Under the pieces are notes generated by a model that saw only the letters and a list, made by a program, of their open reading frames with translations, searched no databases and was not told where the DNA came from. Both the position numbers and the translations under genes were made by a program. This document shows positions 36,036 to 50,290 of a DNA stretch of 64,000 bases, piece after piece (position 1 is the stretch's first letter; each line of letters starts with the position of its first letter). Source of the stretch: Macrostomum lignano (taxonomy: Eukaryota); assembly GCA_002269645.1 (NCBI GenBank), contig NIVC01000067.1, positions 868,001-932,000 on the forward strand. The letters run 5' to 3'.

Positions 36036-37223
36036 GTAGCAACTTTTCTTTTCATCCATTCAGAGCAATTTCACAGTACTGTACAGCTTGTGCCTGTGTC
36101 AATATAGATGGGTCCTAGCAGTCAATATACACTTAGGCAGCTTTTTCTTGTGATGTGTCAGCATAAAGTGTTAAACTCAATCAGACGATAATTTTTCTAT
36201 ATTATAGCCACTTTAAATCTCCTGATCGTCACGCAGTGCCGCAGCGAAGTGCGTTGGTTTCTCATCATAAAAAGTCTCAAGATTTATTGACATTTTTGAG
36301 TGTCTGAGTAAAGCAAAAAATATATGCATATAAAGGAGTTGCATTCGCAGAAAGAAAAGAGTCTTTCTATTATATTGATTATCGCCGTCAATTAAATCAA
36401 GTGCGCGAACGCTTTAAAACAAAATATCATGTACAATTCTAAATAATTGTAATAATTATGCTTGCTATATTGCGAGGGGCCACTATTATTTAATTATAGA
36501 TAAGCAAGAATTATAGATTATTGAAGGGGCTACGAGTTATGAATTCAAAGCTTTGACCACTTACAGGCAGGCCTACATGAACATGTACTTGAACATGTAC
36601 TTCCTGGATCTCTAGCCATTAATTACATACGGAGATACACCAGCGAGTCTGGGCAGTAAACAGATCAACATTGAGTATGAACGCTTTGAGAGCAAAATGG
36701 GGATTTTTATAACACCAAATTGAAGGAGTCGCGGGTCAGGCCATTTCTTAGAAAAATTGTGCAGTCCTGATGCGGAAGTCCAGACGCTTTGCCTTTGCGC
36801 TGCTCTCAGAAATGACCAGCCGTGACACAGAAATAGAATTAGGATCAACATTTGGGAATCCTTTTAAAATACCATCCATTGCAAATCGGCCATCAAAATT
36901 GTCTCACAGATTTCGGAATGTCTACGTGATTTTTAAGTAGCTTCTCAAAGATTAAGTAAAATCCTACTTAACTCCTATAACTCCTAGCTCAGGTGAACAG
37001 AAAGTTAGAGCCGCTGTGCACCCTGTGTGAGCGTGTGTACAGTATCGCAGCGCTTTATATGCTTAGAACTGCTTCATTCCGAAGTCGTTGCCTCGGGGTG
37101 CCTGCAGCCCTCCTGTGGAATTAATTTTATTAGCATCTCACCCTCACAGCTAAAGCGCCTGAGCAAGTGCTCACACTGTATTCACACGGCCTACTATTGC
37201 ATTAGCTAAACCGACAGTAAAGT

Positions 37224-37288
37224 TCAGAAGAAGCTGGTTTCCTCTCCGGCTCCAAGCTCTGGATAGTGGCAGTAATACTGCAGCGCCC

Positions 37289-37328
<40 letters not shown>

Positions 37329-38180
37329 TTGCTCCCGCCCGTTCGGCCCCGCAGCCTCCAACGGCAGAGACTGCAGCGAGGCCCTGGCGGAGGCCTGCGA
37401 CTCTTCCAGCAGCTGGCCGTAGAAGCCGCGCCGAATCCAGATCTCCGCCTCTGGCGTCTCCCGCTGCGCCGCCGCCTCCCGGTCCGGCAGTCCGCGGGCC
37501 CGGTTCCGCCGGTGCGGCAGCGACATCGAGACGGTGCCGGCCGCCGTTTCAGCCGAGACGCTGGTGGCTGACGCAGAGGCGTCGCCTCCGGCAGCCGCCA
37601 TCGAGGAGGCGACGCAGTCTTCTTTGAATGCTTCTTGACAGTCCGCCGCTGCCGCCGCCGCTTCAGACGTCGAAGTGAAGTCGCGACTTGGCGATGTCAC
37701 CGAATGCCGCTCGGCGCCGCCTGACGTGCCGCCGCCGCCGCCGCCGCCGCTGAGCCCGCTGTCGCCGCTAGGAAGGCTGCGCAGAGGGCGATAGAAAAAC
37801 GCGGTTGGATCTGGACTGCGGCGCTGCTGCTGCTGCTGTTGATGATGATGATGATGATGGTTGTGATGCTGATGCGGGTGAGGCTGGTGGTTTTGCTGCT
37901 GCTGCTGCATGTACTGCGGATGGTACTGAAGCTGCTGCTGATTGTGCGGCGGCGGCTTCGGCGCGTACTCTCGCGTAGTTGGCGGCGTCAAGAAATCCGG
38001 CGGCGACACGGGCGGAGGCGGTGGCGGCGGCAGCGGCGACACCGATGTCATCATCAGCAGGGGCGGTGGCGGCGGCGGCGGTGGCAGGGAGACGACCAGC
38101 TCTGGGGTGCAGAGGTCGTGCTCAACATCGGTTCCGACATTGCGCACGGAGTGGCACATGGGCCTGCCAGCCTGCACGCA
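37224..38180 (-). CDS. NRG: Neuregulin-like gene, terminal exon: 318-aa low-complexity cytoplasmic tail (poly-P/H/Q/G/A)
   Basis: TACTAAC branch point, then CCAACCAG acceptor, phase 0; long stop-free GC-rich frame. Confidence 0.75.
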
Positions 38181-38778
38181 CTGGTTGGCGGTGGGGAGGC
38201 GATGCAGAGTATTGTTAGTAGTATGAAGTAAGCATTCGCACTGTCCGCTCTGTGACAGCACTGTGAGCACTCTTTCTAATTAGCGGCAGGTGAGCTGATT
38301 GCACCCTGGCGCACTTTAGGCGACATTGTCACACAACCGGCGAGAGACTCTGCCAATTCCGCAGACTCCCCTGAGCAGGCACACAAGCGCGCGGATACGT
38401 ACGCAGTCATACGTACAGGCACACACTCACACAGGAGTGCACAGTGGCCCTAACTTTATCTATCGTTAGGCATGTACACTTCACTGCTCCTTGGGGAGTT
38501 GGCCTTTAAGGCTGTTAATTGCACGATCAGAGCCAAGCCGAGATTCCAGTTCAGCCCTAAATTAATGCGACTGCACTGGGAATCGAGCCTGGGCCGCTGG
38601 CACATCAAAGCGCCGCACTATACCTCCGGGCTACGCTCCCCCACTGTGAGCATTCACTTTGAAGCGAAAAATTAAGATTTTGTTAACTTTTTTTTGCATT
38701 ACTTCAAGTAGTATCAATCTGAAATAGTGTGTTCATTCTTTGTTCAACGATAATTAGTCTAAATTGCTGGGCCCTCAC

Positions 38779-38839
38779 CTTGCACCGTTCGTTCTCCCGC
38801 TTGGCCTGCTGCCAATAGTCAAAGTCGCGTCTTCGCTGC
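38779..38839 (-). CDS. NRG: Neuregulin-like juxtamembrane exon ((R)QRRRDFDYWQQAKRENERCK)
   Basis: TTTTGCAG acceptor, AAG|GTGAGG donor; phase 2-0; supplies the basic stop-transfer sequence. Confidence 0.8.
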
Positions 38840-38877
38840 CTGCAAAATCAAAGACCGGAAAATATTGAGCTGTTTAA

Positions 38878-40015
38878 CAATCGCTTGATTCCCAATAGCT
38901 TGCTTCCCAATAGCATGATTCCTAATAGCTTGATACCTAATAGCTTGATTCCCAATCGCTTGATTCCTAATAGCTTTATTCCTAATAGCTCGGTTCCTAA
39001 TAGCTTGATTCTCAATCGCTTGATTCCTAATAGCTTGATTCGTAATAGCTTGATGCCTACGAGTAATATATTGATTCCCAATCGCTTGATTCCTAATAGC
39101 TTGATTCCTAATCGCTTTATTCCTAATATCTTGATTCCCAATCGCTTGATTCCTAACATCTTGATTCCAAATCTCTTGATTCCTAATACCTTGATTCCCA
39201 ATCGCTTGATTCCCAGTCGCTGGATTCCTAATAGCTTGATTCCTAATAGCTTGATTCCCAATCGCTTGATTCCCAGTCGCTGGATTCCTAATAGCTTGAT
39301 ACCTAATAGCTTGATTCCCAATCGCTTGATTCCTAATAGCTTTATTCCTAATAGCTCGGTTCCTAATAGCTTGATTCTCAATCGCTTGATTCCTAATAGC
39401 TTGATTCTCAATCGCTTGATTCCTAATAGCTTGATTCGTAATAGCTTGATGCCTACGAGTAATATCTTGATTCCCAATCGCTTGATTCCTAATAGCTTGA
39501 TTCCCAATCGCTTGATTCCTAATAGCTTGATTCCCAATACCTTGATTCCTAATATCTTGATTCCCAATCGCTTGATTCCTAACATCTTGATTCCTAATAG
39601 CTTGATTACCAATATCTTGATTCCCAATCGCTTGATTCCTAATAGCTTGATTCCCAATATCTTGATTCCCAATCGGTTGATTTCTAATAGCTTGATTCCC
39701 AATATCTTGATTCCTAATCGCTTTACTCCTAATAGCTTGATTCCCAATATCTTGATTCCCAATCGCTTGATTCCTAATAGCTTGATTCCCAATATCTTGA
39801 TTCCTAATCGCTTTATTCCTAATATCTTGATTCCCAATCGCTTGATTCCTAATAGCTTGATTCCTAATACCTTGATTCCTAATATCTTGATTCCCAATCG
39901 CTTGATTCCTAATACCTTGATTCCTAATAGCTTGATTCCCAATATCTTGATTCCCAATCGCTTGATTCCTAATAGCTTGATTCCCAGTCGCTGGATTCCC
40001 AATTGCTTGATTCCA
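38878..40015. repeat. 15-bp minisatellite (TTGATTCCTAATAGC)n in NRG intron
   Basis: About 75 copies; source of the ~400-aa IPN/NQAIR/GIK ORFs. Confidence 0.95.
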
Positions 40016-40527
40016 GCGTCCCAAACTGCTTGTCCCCGTGTTGGGAGTCCCTCAGATCCCACAGATCCGTGTCCCTGCTTCAGCAGCGCTATTGGAAATT
40101 CCCCCTCACCCTGATCTGCCTCATTTCCCCAAATGTGTTGCAGAAAGACTGACGGCTTTTGCTCCAGGTGCTTTCGTCACTGCCTGCTGTCTATCAAAGG
40201 CGAGTCACGCGAGTCAGGCATGAGAAGGGGGGCCTCAGCCACTGTGACAGGAGGCGTGGATGCTGCTAGGGATGATGCTGAGGCTGTTGCGCTGCTGATG
40301 TAGCTTAGAAGCTGAGCGTGCCAGAGAAGCTTTTTGGGGATTAATGATGGCATCAGAATGGATAAATGTTGGCTGGGTGCAGTCACCTAGATCTGCGGCA
40401 GAGCTCCGGGACAGAGATAAGTCACAATGCTTGGGGGAGTTTCGTTGTCAGCGAAATTTGACGCACGCACTTTTCTATTTTAACAAGACAATTAACTGCA
40501 GTTTAGGCTCGATTTCCGAGTGCAAGA

Positions 40528-40830
40528 GGGTTGCTATAGATCACCTGGAGACAGGGGTACCTGGGGTTGCTATAGATCACCTGGAGACAGGGGCACCTGG
40601 GGTTGCTATAGATCACCTGGAGACATGGGTACCTGGGGTTGCTATAGATCACCTGGAGACAGGATAACTAGGGCCCGAGTTGCTATAGATCACCTGGAGA
40701 CAGGGGTACCTGGGGTTGCTATAGATCACCTGGAGACAGGGGTGGGTTGCTATAGACCATCTAAAGACAGGGGTACCAGGGGGCTGCTATAGATCACCTG
40801 GCGACAGGAGTACCAGGGGGCTTACTATAG
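40528..40830. repeat. 36-bp minisatellite (GGGTTGCTATAGATCACCTGGAGACAGGGGTACCTG)n
   Basis: About 8 copies. Confidence 0.9.
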
Positions 40831-40918
40831 TTCAAATGGACAGGGGTGCCAGGGGTTTTCCAGGTAATAAAATCTGTAAATAATCGCAACAAAGATATGT
40901 ATAATTGACATCACAAAC

Positions 40919-41018
40919 CTGGACAGGTACCAGGAGATGAGCAGTATGAGCATGAGCATGGTGAGCACCAGGCCGATCCCGGTAACAGTCAGGATCCGGT
41001 CGGTTCGATGGAAGCAAT
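40919..41018 (-). CDS. NRG: Neuregulin-like transmembrane exon (DCFHRTDRILTVTGIGLVLTMLMLILLISWYLS)
   Basis: RILTVTGI matches the neuregulin TM start RVLTITGI; phase 1-2; TTTTCCAG acceptor. Confidence 0.9.
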
Positions 41019-41103
41019 CTGGAAAAGCAGTTCAAAAATGACTGTCTGGGCAACGCGAGATCAGCTGATTTATCAGCTGACGTTGTGAGGCGGCCTTTCT
41101 TAC

Positions 41104-41192
41104 CCAAGACTTTGCCTTTGCAGGTCTCGGTGAAGTTCTTGTAGGGCATCATGTTCCTCTCACAGCGGTCTCCATGGTAGGGGTAGGTGCAG
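41104..41192 (-). CDS. NRG: EGF domain second half (CTYPYHGDRC) plus stalk
   Basis: CCCCAG acceptor, G|GTAAGA donor; phase 2-1; supplies Cys5 and Cys6 with G-x-R-C. Confidence 0.9.
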
Positions 41193-41329
41193 CTGGGGAT
41201 GGCGGAGCGGGGCGGGTTGAGATCTGAGATTTGACAACGCATAACTCCGCAAGAATCCCTCGCGTCACTCCTGAACTCCTCTGAGAATTTCTCTTGAACT
41301 ATTTTGAGAATCGCCTCTAAACTCATCTA

Positions 41330-41575
41330 GAAATCGTCCCTAAACGTCTCCAAGAATCGGCCCTAAACCCCTTCCAAGAATCGCCCCTAAACCCCTTCCA
41401 AGAATCGGCCCTAAACCCCTTCCAAGAATCGCCCCTAAAACCCTTCTAAGAATCGCCCCTAAACTCTTCCAAAAATCGCCCCTAAACTCCTCCAAGAATC
41501 GCCCCTAAACCCCTTCCAAGAATCACCTCTAAACCCCTTTTAAGAATCGGCTCTAAACCCTTCAGAAGAATCGCC
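41330..41575. repeat. 24-bp minisatellite (CCAAGAATCGCCCCTAAACCCCTT)n
   Basis: About 10 copies; shares an AGAATCGCCC core with the 4128-4338 repeat on the opposite strand. Confidence 0.9.
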
Positions 41576-42109
41576 AGCTTCATCACAGGATTAAGTGTGT
41601 GACACAAGTCAGCTGAATCAGAACTTGGCCCAGGCCAACTGCATCATTGACCTTCGGAATCGATGTCGGAGTGCGGAGGCTTCGATCAGGGCCTGGAGGC
41701 CAAATACTTGCACCATAAGCCGCTGACTCGTTGCAATTATTTCTGTCACCTGGGCTAAAAAAAGTGTCAATTTCAACGCCCATCAATAAATGACCAATGG
41801 GAATTGGGAAGATTTCCCCGGCGCAGGAATGATACGACTCAGATAGGGAAGGGCAGCCAGAGAGCCAGCACGGATCAACACCCACCATAGCAACTCACTC
41901 CGACACCCCAAATCCCAATCGCGAGTCAGTAATTCCCACCAAATCCCCGATCCCCCATCGCGAACACGCCGGGGCCAAAATGAGAGATTTCCGCTGCGTC
42001 GAACACCCACTGGCTCGTATTGGCACACTTTCTTTATAATGCTAAACTATTTTCCTTTTCTGAGTATTTTTATCCCAGATACGAATAGTAAAAATTAAAT
42101 GGTTTTTTA

Positions 42110-42615
42110 AAGGGCTCGAACCTGAGACCTCTAGCTGTGACCTAAGGGAAAATTCAGGCTCAACTCAGAAATAAACTCAAGTTACACTAGGGCTCGAACT
42201 CGGGACCTCTAGTCGCGACCTGAGGGAAAATTCGGGCTCAACTCGGAAACGAACTCAAGTTACACTAGGGCTCGAACCCGGGACCTCTAGTCGCGACCTG
42301 AGGGAAAATTCGGGCTCAACTCGGAAACGAACTCAAGTTACACTAGGGCTCGAACCCGGGACCTCTAGTCGCGACCTGAGGGAAAATTCGGGCTCAACTC
42401 GGAAACGAACTCAAGTTACACTAGGGCTCGATCGAACCCGGGACCTCTAGTCGCGACCTGAGGGAAAATTCGGGTTTATAATTGAACTCGAGGTTACACT
42501 AGGATTCGAACTCGCAGCCTCAAGCCGGACCTCAGAAAAAGTTTTGATCAAAATCAAACTCAGGATCACGCTATAGGGCTCGAACCGGGGACCTCACGAA
42601 TGCAAGCAATGCTGG
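42110..42615 (-). repeat. 78-bp tandem repeat derived from a tRNA T-arm / B-box, about 6 copies
   Basis: Minus-strand unit contains TAGTGTAACTTG (A-box-like) and AGAGGTCCCGGGTTCGAGCCC (T-arm/B-box). The right-most copy extends into GCTTGCATTCGTGAGGTCCCCGGTTCGAGCCC, resembling a tRNA-Ala(TGC) 3' half. Confidence 0.75.
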
Positions 42616-43904
42616 TGCAGACGTTGAGGTCATAAAAATGGAAAGAGCCGCTCCAACGCCCTCTTAATAACCCTGTCCCCTTTTCTCTCGCCATCAAGCT
42701 CTGATGGGGAACCTTTATCCGATCCCAGCCAAGCGTGAAAACTGAGCCCCGAGCTTCTCCATGTTGTGGGAAATTATTTTTCCGCGAAATGATCTATTAA
42801 AATAGTTCTCCTTGGCTGAGTAGAGATTGCCGCCCCGTGTTGATTCGGGAGATGCCCGCCCAGGTGTGGATGACAAACGACTGAGCCCCGCTCCCCCAGT
42901 TTTTATGGGAAATCGTCAGTTCCTCTCTGCATCTCTCAAGCTGCGGCAGCGATGAAAATTCTTCCATAGCTCGGAATTGGGCGTCCCGGATCTCGCGTGG
43001 GCCCTCCTCTCTTCTTCATCTTCATGCCCCCTGCTTTCTCTCTTTGCCAACCCCCTTAGGCGACAAGCACTGGGATAAAATAATGGGAGAGACTTGGAAG
43101 CGAGTCTAGCATAGCAACCAAACAACTTAGCACTTCTTTCTCAAGTAAATATAATTTCATAGATGTAAGATGACTGCATTGGGCAAGATACACAGTTATT
43201 ACTCATAATTTGGTTAATGATGTGTAGGCTACGAGCTCAGCTTCTTCGAATGCGGCATAACGCAGATTTGAAGGGTGGTGGCTGTCGCTCACACAGGGTC
43301 CACAGCGCTGACTTTCTTAACGTAAGGCATTTACACTCCGCCTTGGGGTTGGCCCTCACGGTCGAGAACTGAATAGATATTGCATAGTGCCTTTCCGCGA
43401 GAGCTAACCGCGGTCAGCTCTGCTTAACTCAACTCTACTTAGCTCAGGCAGGGCCACTCAAGCACAGAAATGAACTCACACAAGTTCTGCAGTTAGCGAG
43501 ACAATGAAAATGCAAAAAAACTGCATTGTCAAACTGAAGCCGTCCGATTCACAATTAACTGTGTTTTTGCAGCTCGCTGTTGGTAATATTCACTAATTAT
43601 TAATTACCTTGTGACAAAAGGCTTTTGACAGTCAGACTGTTAAAAAAATTTCCTTTGGGAGAAATTTCAGTTGGCAGAATCCCGCCGCTTCTTTCAATTG
43701 TCTCCAGTTTTTGCATCCAGTCATAATTATTTTCCCATTGTTATACTTGGGCTTCAATACTAAATACTTCAGACTCCGCCCCTTCTTCAGTGTTTTGTGG
43801 GAACAGAATTTCACCAGCTGTCCGGGAGATGGCCTGTGCGTCTGATGTGGATTTTGCTGCGAGATCGGCGGACTAGTCTGGAGATTCTGCCTCTAATAGC
43901 TGCA

Positions 43905-44845
43905 GAATCCCAATGAGATCTAGAGATTCACAATGAAATCTAGAGATTCACAATGAGATCTAGAGATTCAAAATGAGATATAGAGATTCCCAATGAGATC
44001 TAGAAATTCACAATATGATCTAGAGATTCAAACTGGGATCTAGAGATTTACAATAAGATCTAGAGATTCAAAATGAGATCTAGAGGTTCAGTTTGAGATC
44101 TAGAGGTTCATTTTGAGATCTAGAGGTTCAGTTTGAGATCTAGAGGTTCAGTTTGAGATCTAGAGGTTCAAAGTGAGATCTAGAGATTCACAATGAGATC
44201 TGGAGATTCACAAGGAGATCTAGAGATTCACAATGAAATCTAGAGATTCACAATGAGATCTAGAGATTCACAATGAGATCTAGAGATTCCCAACGAGATC
44301 TAGAGATTCAAAATGGGATCTAGAGATTCCAAATGAGATCTAAAGATTCAAAATGGGATCTTACTTCCTTATTTACAATAAGATCTAGAGATTCAAAATG
44401 AAATCTAGAGATTCCCAATGAGATCTAGAAATTCACAATAAGATCTAGAGATTCGAAATGGGACCTAGAGATTTACAATAAGATATAGAGATTCAAAATG
44501 AGATCTAGAGGTTCAGTTTGAGATCTAGAGGTTTAGTTTGAGATCTAGAGGTTCAGTTTGAGATCTAGAGGTTTAGTTTGAGATCTAGAGGTTCAGTTTG
44601 AGATCTAGAGGTTTAGTTTGAGATCTAGAGGTTCAGTTTGAGATCTAGAGGTTCAGTTTGAGATCTAGAGGTTCAGTTTGAGATCTAGAGGTTTAGTTTG
44701 AGATCTAGAGGTTCAGTTTGAGATCTAGAGGTTTAGTTTGAGATCTAGAGGTTCAGTTTGAGATCTAGAGGTTCAGTTTGAGATCTAGAGGTTCAGTTTG
44801 AGATCTAGAGGTTTAGTTTGAGATCTAGAGGTTCAGTTTGAGATG
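43905..44845. repeat. 20-bp minisatellite (GAGATCTAGAGATTCACAAT / TGAGATCTAGAGGTTCAGTT)n
   Basis: About 46 copies in two variant blocks. Confidence 0.95.
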
Positions 44846-45437
44846 TACTTTACGCTTTCTTGATTTCCTATTTGCTTTACAAATTCAGTTATTTTTCCTC
44901 ACATCGATTTCGCATGCAGCTCAAAGAGTTTGGCACGTTTGAAAGTTTTCAACGAACCCAACTTCTCCAATCGATTCGAACTCGCAACTTCACTTTGCGT
45001 GCAAACTGAAACTCGAAGGCGACCACTTAAACCTTGGACTTAAAACGCGCCCTCTACATGTACCGTGATCGATAATTTTTGTACTAACTTTGCAGTCAAA
45101 CTAACTGACTACATTGCACTCTCCGTTAGCTTGAGTAGTCAGGGCTGAGAGGCAGTTAAGAAGTAGGACATCTCCTCTTCTGCTTAAGGATGCGACTGGA
45201 ACCAGTGGAGGTGCAAAGGTGCAAATCTCACATTAAGCTAAACTAGGCTGAGTGAGGCGGGCTGGGTGATAATCCGTTTGTACCCTGCCGGACAATGAGA
45301 AAGTCAGGGATTCGAACTCGGGAGCCCAGGTACACATTGAACGCATTAATCTCAAAGCTATTTTTTGCTCCCATTGATCTGATCAGTAAAATGAAAGGCC
45401 TTCATGCCCAGTTGCTCGGCCAGCCTCCCAGCCTCAC

Positions 45438-45513
45438 TTGCAGAACTTGATGCCGCCAGGGTAGCTGCTGCAGCTGCCGTTGTGCAGGCAGTAGAGCGGC
45501 GGGCAGGCCGAGT
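45438..45513 (-). CDS. NRG: EGF domain first half (DSACPPLYCLHNGSCSSYPGGIKFCN)
   Basis: CCCGCAG acceptor, AA|GTGAGG donor; phase 1-2. Joined domain is CX4CX5CX9CXCX8C. Confidence 0.92.
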
Positions 45514-45821
45514 CTGCGGGGTGGTTTTGGGGGGGGGGGCGTGCGACTGTTGCAATGAGATAATTAGAAATCTGATGGCAGCAGTCTGAGTTGGTACGAT
45601 AGCTTAATAATGATAATCATTGCATTCCAATACTGCGTGCGCAATTAGCTTGAAAAGATACGAGTGAGGTGGCTGTCACATTATGGACTGCATAGATGAG
45701 GAATCGAAGAGGCAGGAAGATTTGAGAATGGAAACCAGGCTTTTGCAAAGTGAAATGAAGTCCATATATTGGATTGCATTTTGCCTGCCCTGAGCTGTAT
45801 TCTGTGACGTTTCCGACTCAC

Positions 45822-45869
45822 CATCGACAATGGCCGGTGAAGTGGTGGTGAAGGGCAGCGTAGGCAGCA
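45822..45869 (-). CDS. NRG: Ig-EGF linker exon (VLPTLPFTTTSPAIVD)
   Basis: 48 nt, phase 1-1; TCAATCAG acceptor, G|GTGAGT donor. Confidence 0.8.
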
Positions 45870-45934
45870 CTGATTGAACTGAAATTGGTGTTCAACAGTT
45901 AAATATGTACATTGCTTTAACTGGCACGAGCTCA

Positions 45935-46365
45935 AACTGGATTCTGATTGGTCGGGAGTGGCCTATACAGTCTAGAGCTAAAGCAGGATTGGAATGTACA
46001 TTTGTACATTGGCTGGAACTCTACGGACCCCAAGCTGGATTCTGATTGGTCGGGAGTGGCCTATACAGTCTAGAGCTAAAGCAGGATTGGAATGTACATT
46101 TGTACATTGGCTGGAACTCTACGGACCCCAAGCTGGATTCTGATTGGTCGGGAGAGGTCTATACAGACTAGAGCTAAAACAGGATTGGATGGAACTCTAC
46201 GGACCCCAAGCTGGATTCTGATTGGTCGGGAGAGGTCTATACAGACTAGAGCTAAAACAGGATTGGATGGAACTCTACGGACCCCAAGCTGGATTCTGAT
46301 TGGTCGGGAGAGGGGTCTATACAGTCTAGAGCTAAAACAGGATTGGATGGAACTCTACGGACCCC
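45935..46365. repeat. 98/78-bp tandem repeat, 5 copies
   Basis: CTGGATTCTGATTGGTCGGG recurs at 45937, 46035, 46133, 46211 and 46289. Confidence 0.92.
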
Positions 46366-46602
46366 ATAAATTCAGTAAAAGTACTTTTAACCCGGAAAAA
46401 TCCATTTCCTTTAAAAATCTAGTTGTTCTTTTTACAACTTCGCATAGAGCTTTAGAACTGTATCTTTCAAACTTAAGTTTCGAAGATTAAAAAAACTTTT
46501 CTGAGTAAAAGTGTCAATCAAGCATGCGAGTGAGAACATTTCACCTAGAAAACATCTGTGCATTTTTTTGGCACGATCCGAGCATCAGATTGCAAAACTC
46601 AC

Positions 46603-46748
46603 CGGCCACGTAGACCCACTTCTGTATGGAGCCGTGATTGTTCTCCGCCTTGCAGGTGTAGTTGCCGGAGTCGCCGATCGAGATTCTGGATATTTGCAGC
46701 GTGGACACCAGGTGCCTGAGGGGTTGGCGGTCGGGGTGACAGGACTGA
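46603..46748 (-). CDS. NRG: Ig I-set domain second half (STLQISRISIGDSGNYTCKAENNHG)
   Basis: D-x-G-x-Y-x-C motif; phase 2-1; G|GTGAGT donor. Confidence 0.92.
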
Positions 46749-47009
46749 CTAACAGCTGACTGATAAGCTAGTTTGTAGATGCAAATCACAGCGGACACGC
46801 AGCCAGGGGAGGAGGCCAGCAGTCAGGCCTATTCCTCTGGCTCCTGAGGATACACACTCTCACACAGGGTGTACAGCAGCATATAAAATTTCTGTGCCAA
46901 TACCCACTCGCCTAATTTCTGTATTCGGCATTACTCAGCTAAATTACTGTGTGGCTGGCAGAGTACGGAATCAAACCCGGGCACTTTGAGTCCTCTGAGC
47001 TATTTTACG

Positions 47010-47230
47010 GGTGACGGGACTCAAGGATGGGTGACGGGGGACTCAAGGACGGATGATGGGGGACTCAATGACGGATGATGGGGGACTCAATGACGGATGA
47101 TGGGGGACTCAAGCAAGGATGATGGGGGACTCATGGACGGATGATGGGACTCATGGACGGATGATAGGACTCAAGGGCGGATGATGGGACTCATGGACGG
47201 ATGATGGGACTCAAGGACGGACGATGATTA
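47010..47230. repeat. 20-22-bp minisatellite (GGGACTCAAGGACGGATGAT)n
   Basis: About 10 copies. Confidence 0.85.
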
Positions 47231-48344
47231 TCCATCTGGAGTTCAGCTCGCATAGTTGGTCCCAGTTCACAAGACTCCAGCTATTCCAGATGTGTTGGCT
47301 CTAACTGGGAGCATCGCTTTGAAATCCGCATTGTTGGAATCCCAATTTCCAGCGATCCCTGGGCTCCGCTCCCCTCACCGCCTCCCCTCTCCAACTTCTG
47401 GCCCAGAAGCCGCTCGAATCCCCCCGTTTAGTCCCCAATTAATGGGCGGATTTGCGTCTGAGACTGCGGGAGGCCAGCGCTGCCCCACCACCCACCCATC
47501 CCCTAGAAGACGCTGGAAGATGATGCAGCACCAAAGTCTGCCGTCTGTCTCCAGGGCTGCTGATTTGGCTATTAGATCTGCTTCATCACTAGACAGACAA
47601 TTCATCACTCATGAGCCAACTCGTACTGTGCTGCTTTGGGAAATGGAAAACTCGCGTAAATGAAGGGCCTGCGTGACGAGGCCTCCAGTGTCTCCCTTTA
47701 TCTCCTGTCTACATCACAATTAAAGAGGATAAACTGGATAAAGATCAGCATGATAATTTTGTCTATTGAAATACAAACCCTTTAGAAATTCTGCCGCAAA
47801 CGATTTTGAGTTCAAGATCGGCTGCATGCCGAGACGGAGATGTAAAGTGCGATGGAAGCAGACAGATACTAACTATGCATTTGGGGAAAATATTAGAGAT
47901 TGGTTTACACAGCTCAGGTAGCTACGTAATAAGTTAGCTATGTTAACAGTACTATTAATGAATACGATTGACAGGTCCAACCCCACATTCTGGGATGAGG
48001 CTTCCCAGCTGCTCTGGCTGGCAATAAATGCACGAATGAGACCTGAAAATCCATACACTCCGAAGGAAACTTCGAATCTAGCAGGGAAAGGCGAAGATGG
48101 CTGCAGTACTCAAACTCCTCGAACTGGGATAATTTTCCCACATAGAGAAGAATGTTGGATCGCATTTCGACAAATTGTATTTCTACTCTGGTTGAGAGGC
48201 TGGGAGCGGCGAAATGAGGAGAGATGAGAAAGATTGGCAGCGTGAAGATGGAGATCTGAGCAAACAGAGCCGCGCTCGACCTGTTCTGCTGTCCAGTCCG
48301 CGTACGAGCGTATGGTTCTGCCATACTCTGCTGTCTCTGCCACC

Positions 48345-50290
<1,946 letters not shown>

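Noticed and set aside
38819-40114. Three ~400-aa pentapeptide-repeat-like ORFs (NQAIR, GIKLL, IPNSL)
   Set aside because: A 15-bp minisatellite inside a phase-consistent NRG intron, open in several frames at once.
41330-41575. CCCTAAA telomere-like motif
   Set aside because: It is embedded in a 24-bp unit and is not a tandem TTAGGG or TTTAGGG tract.
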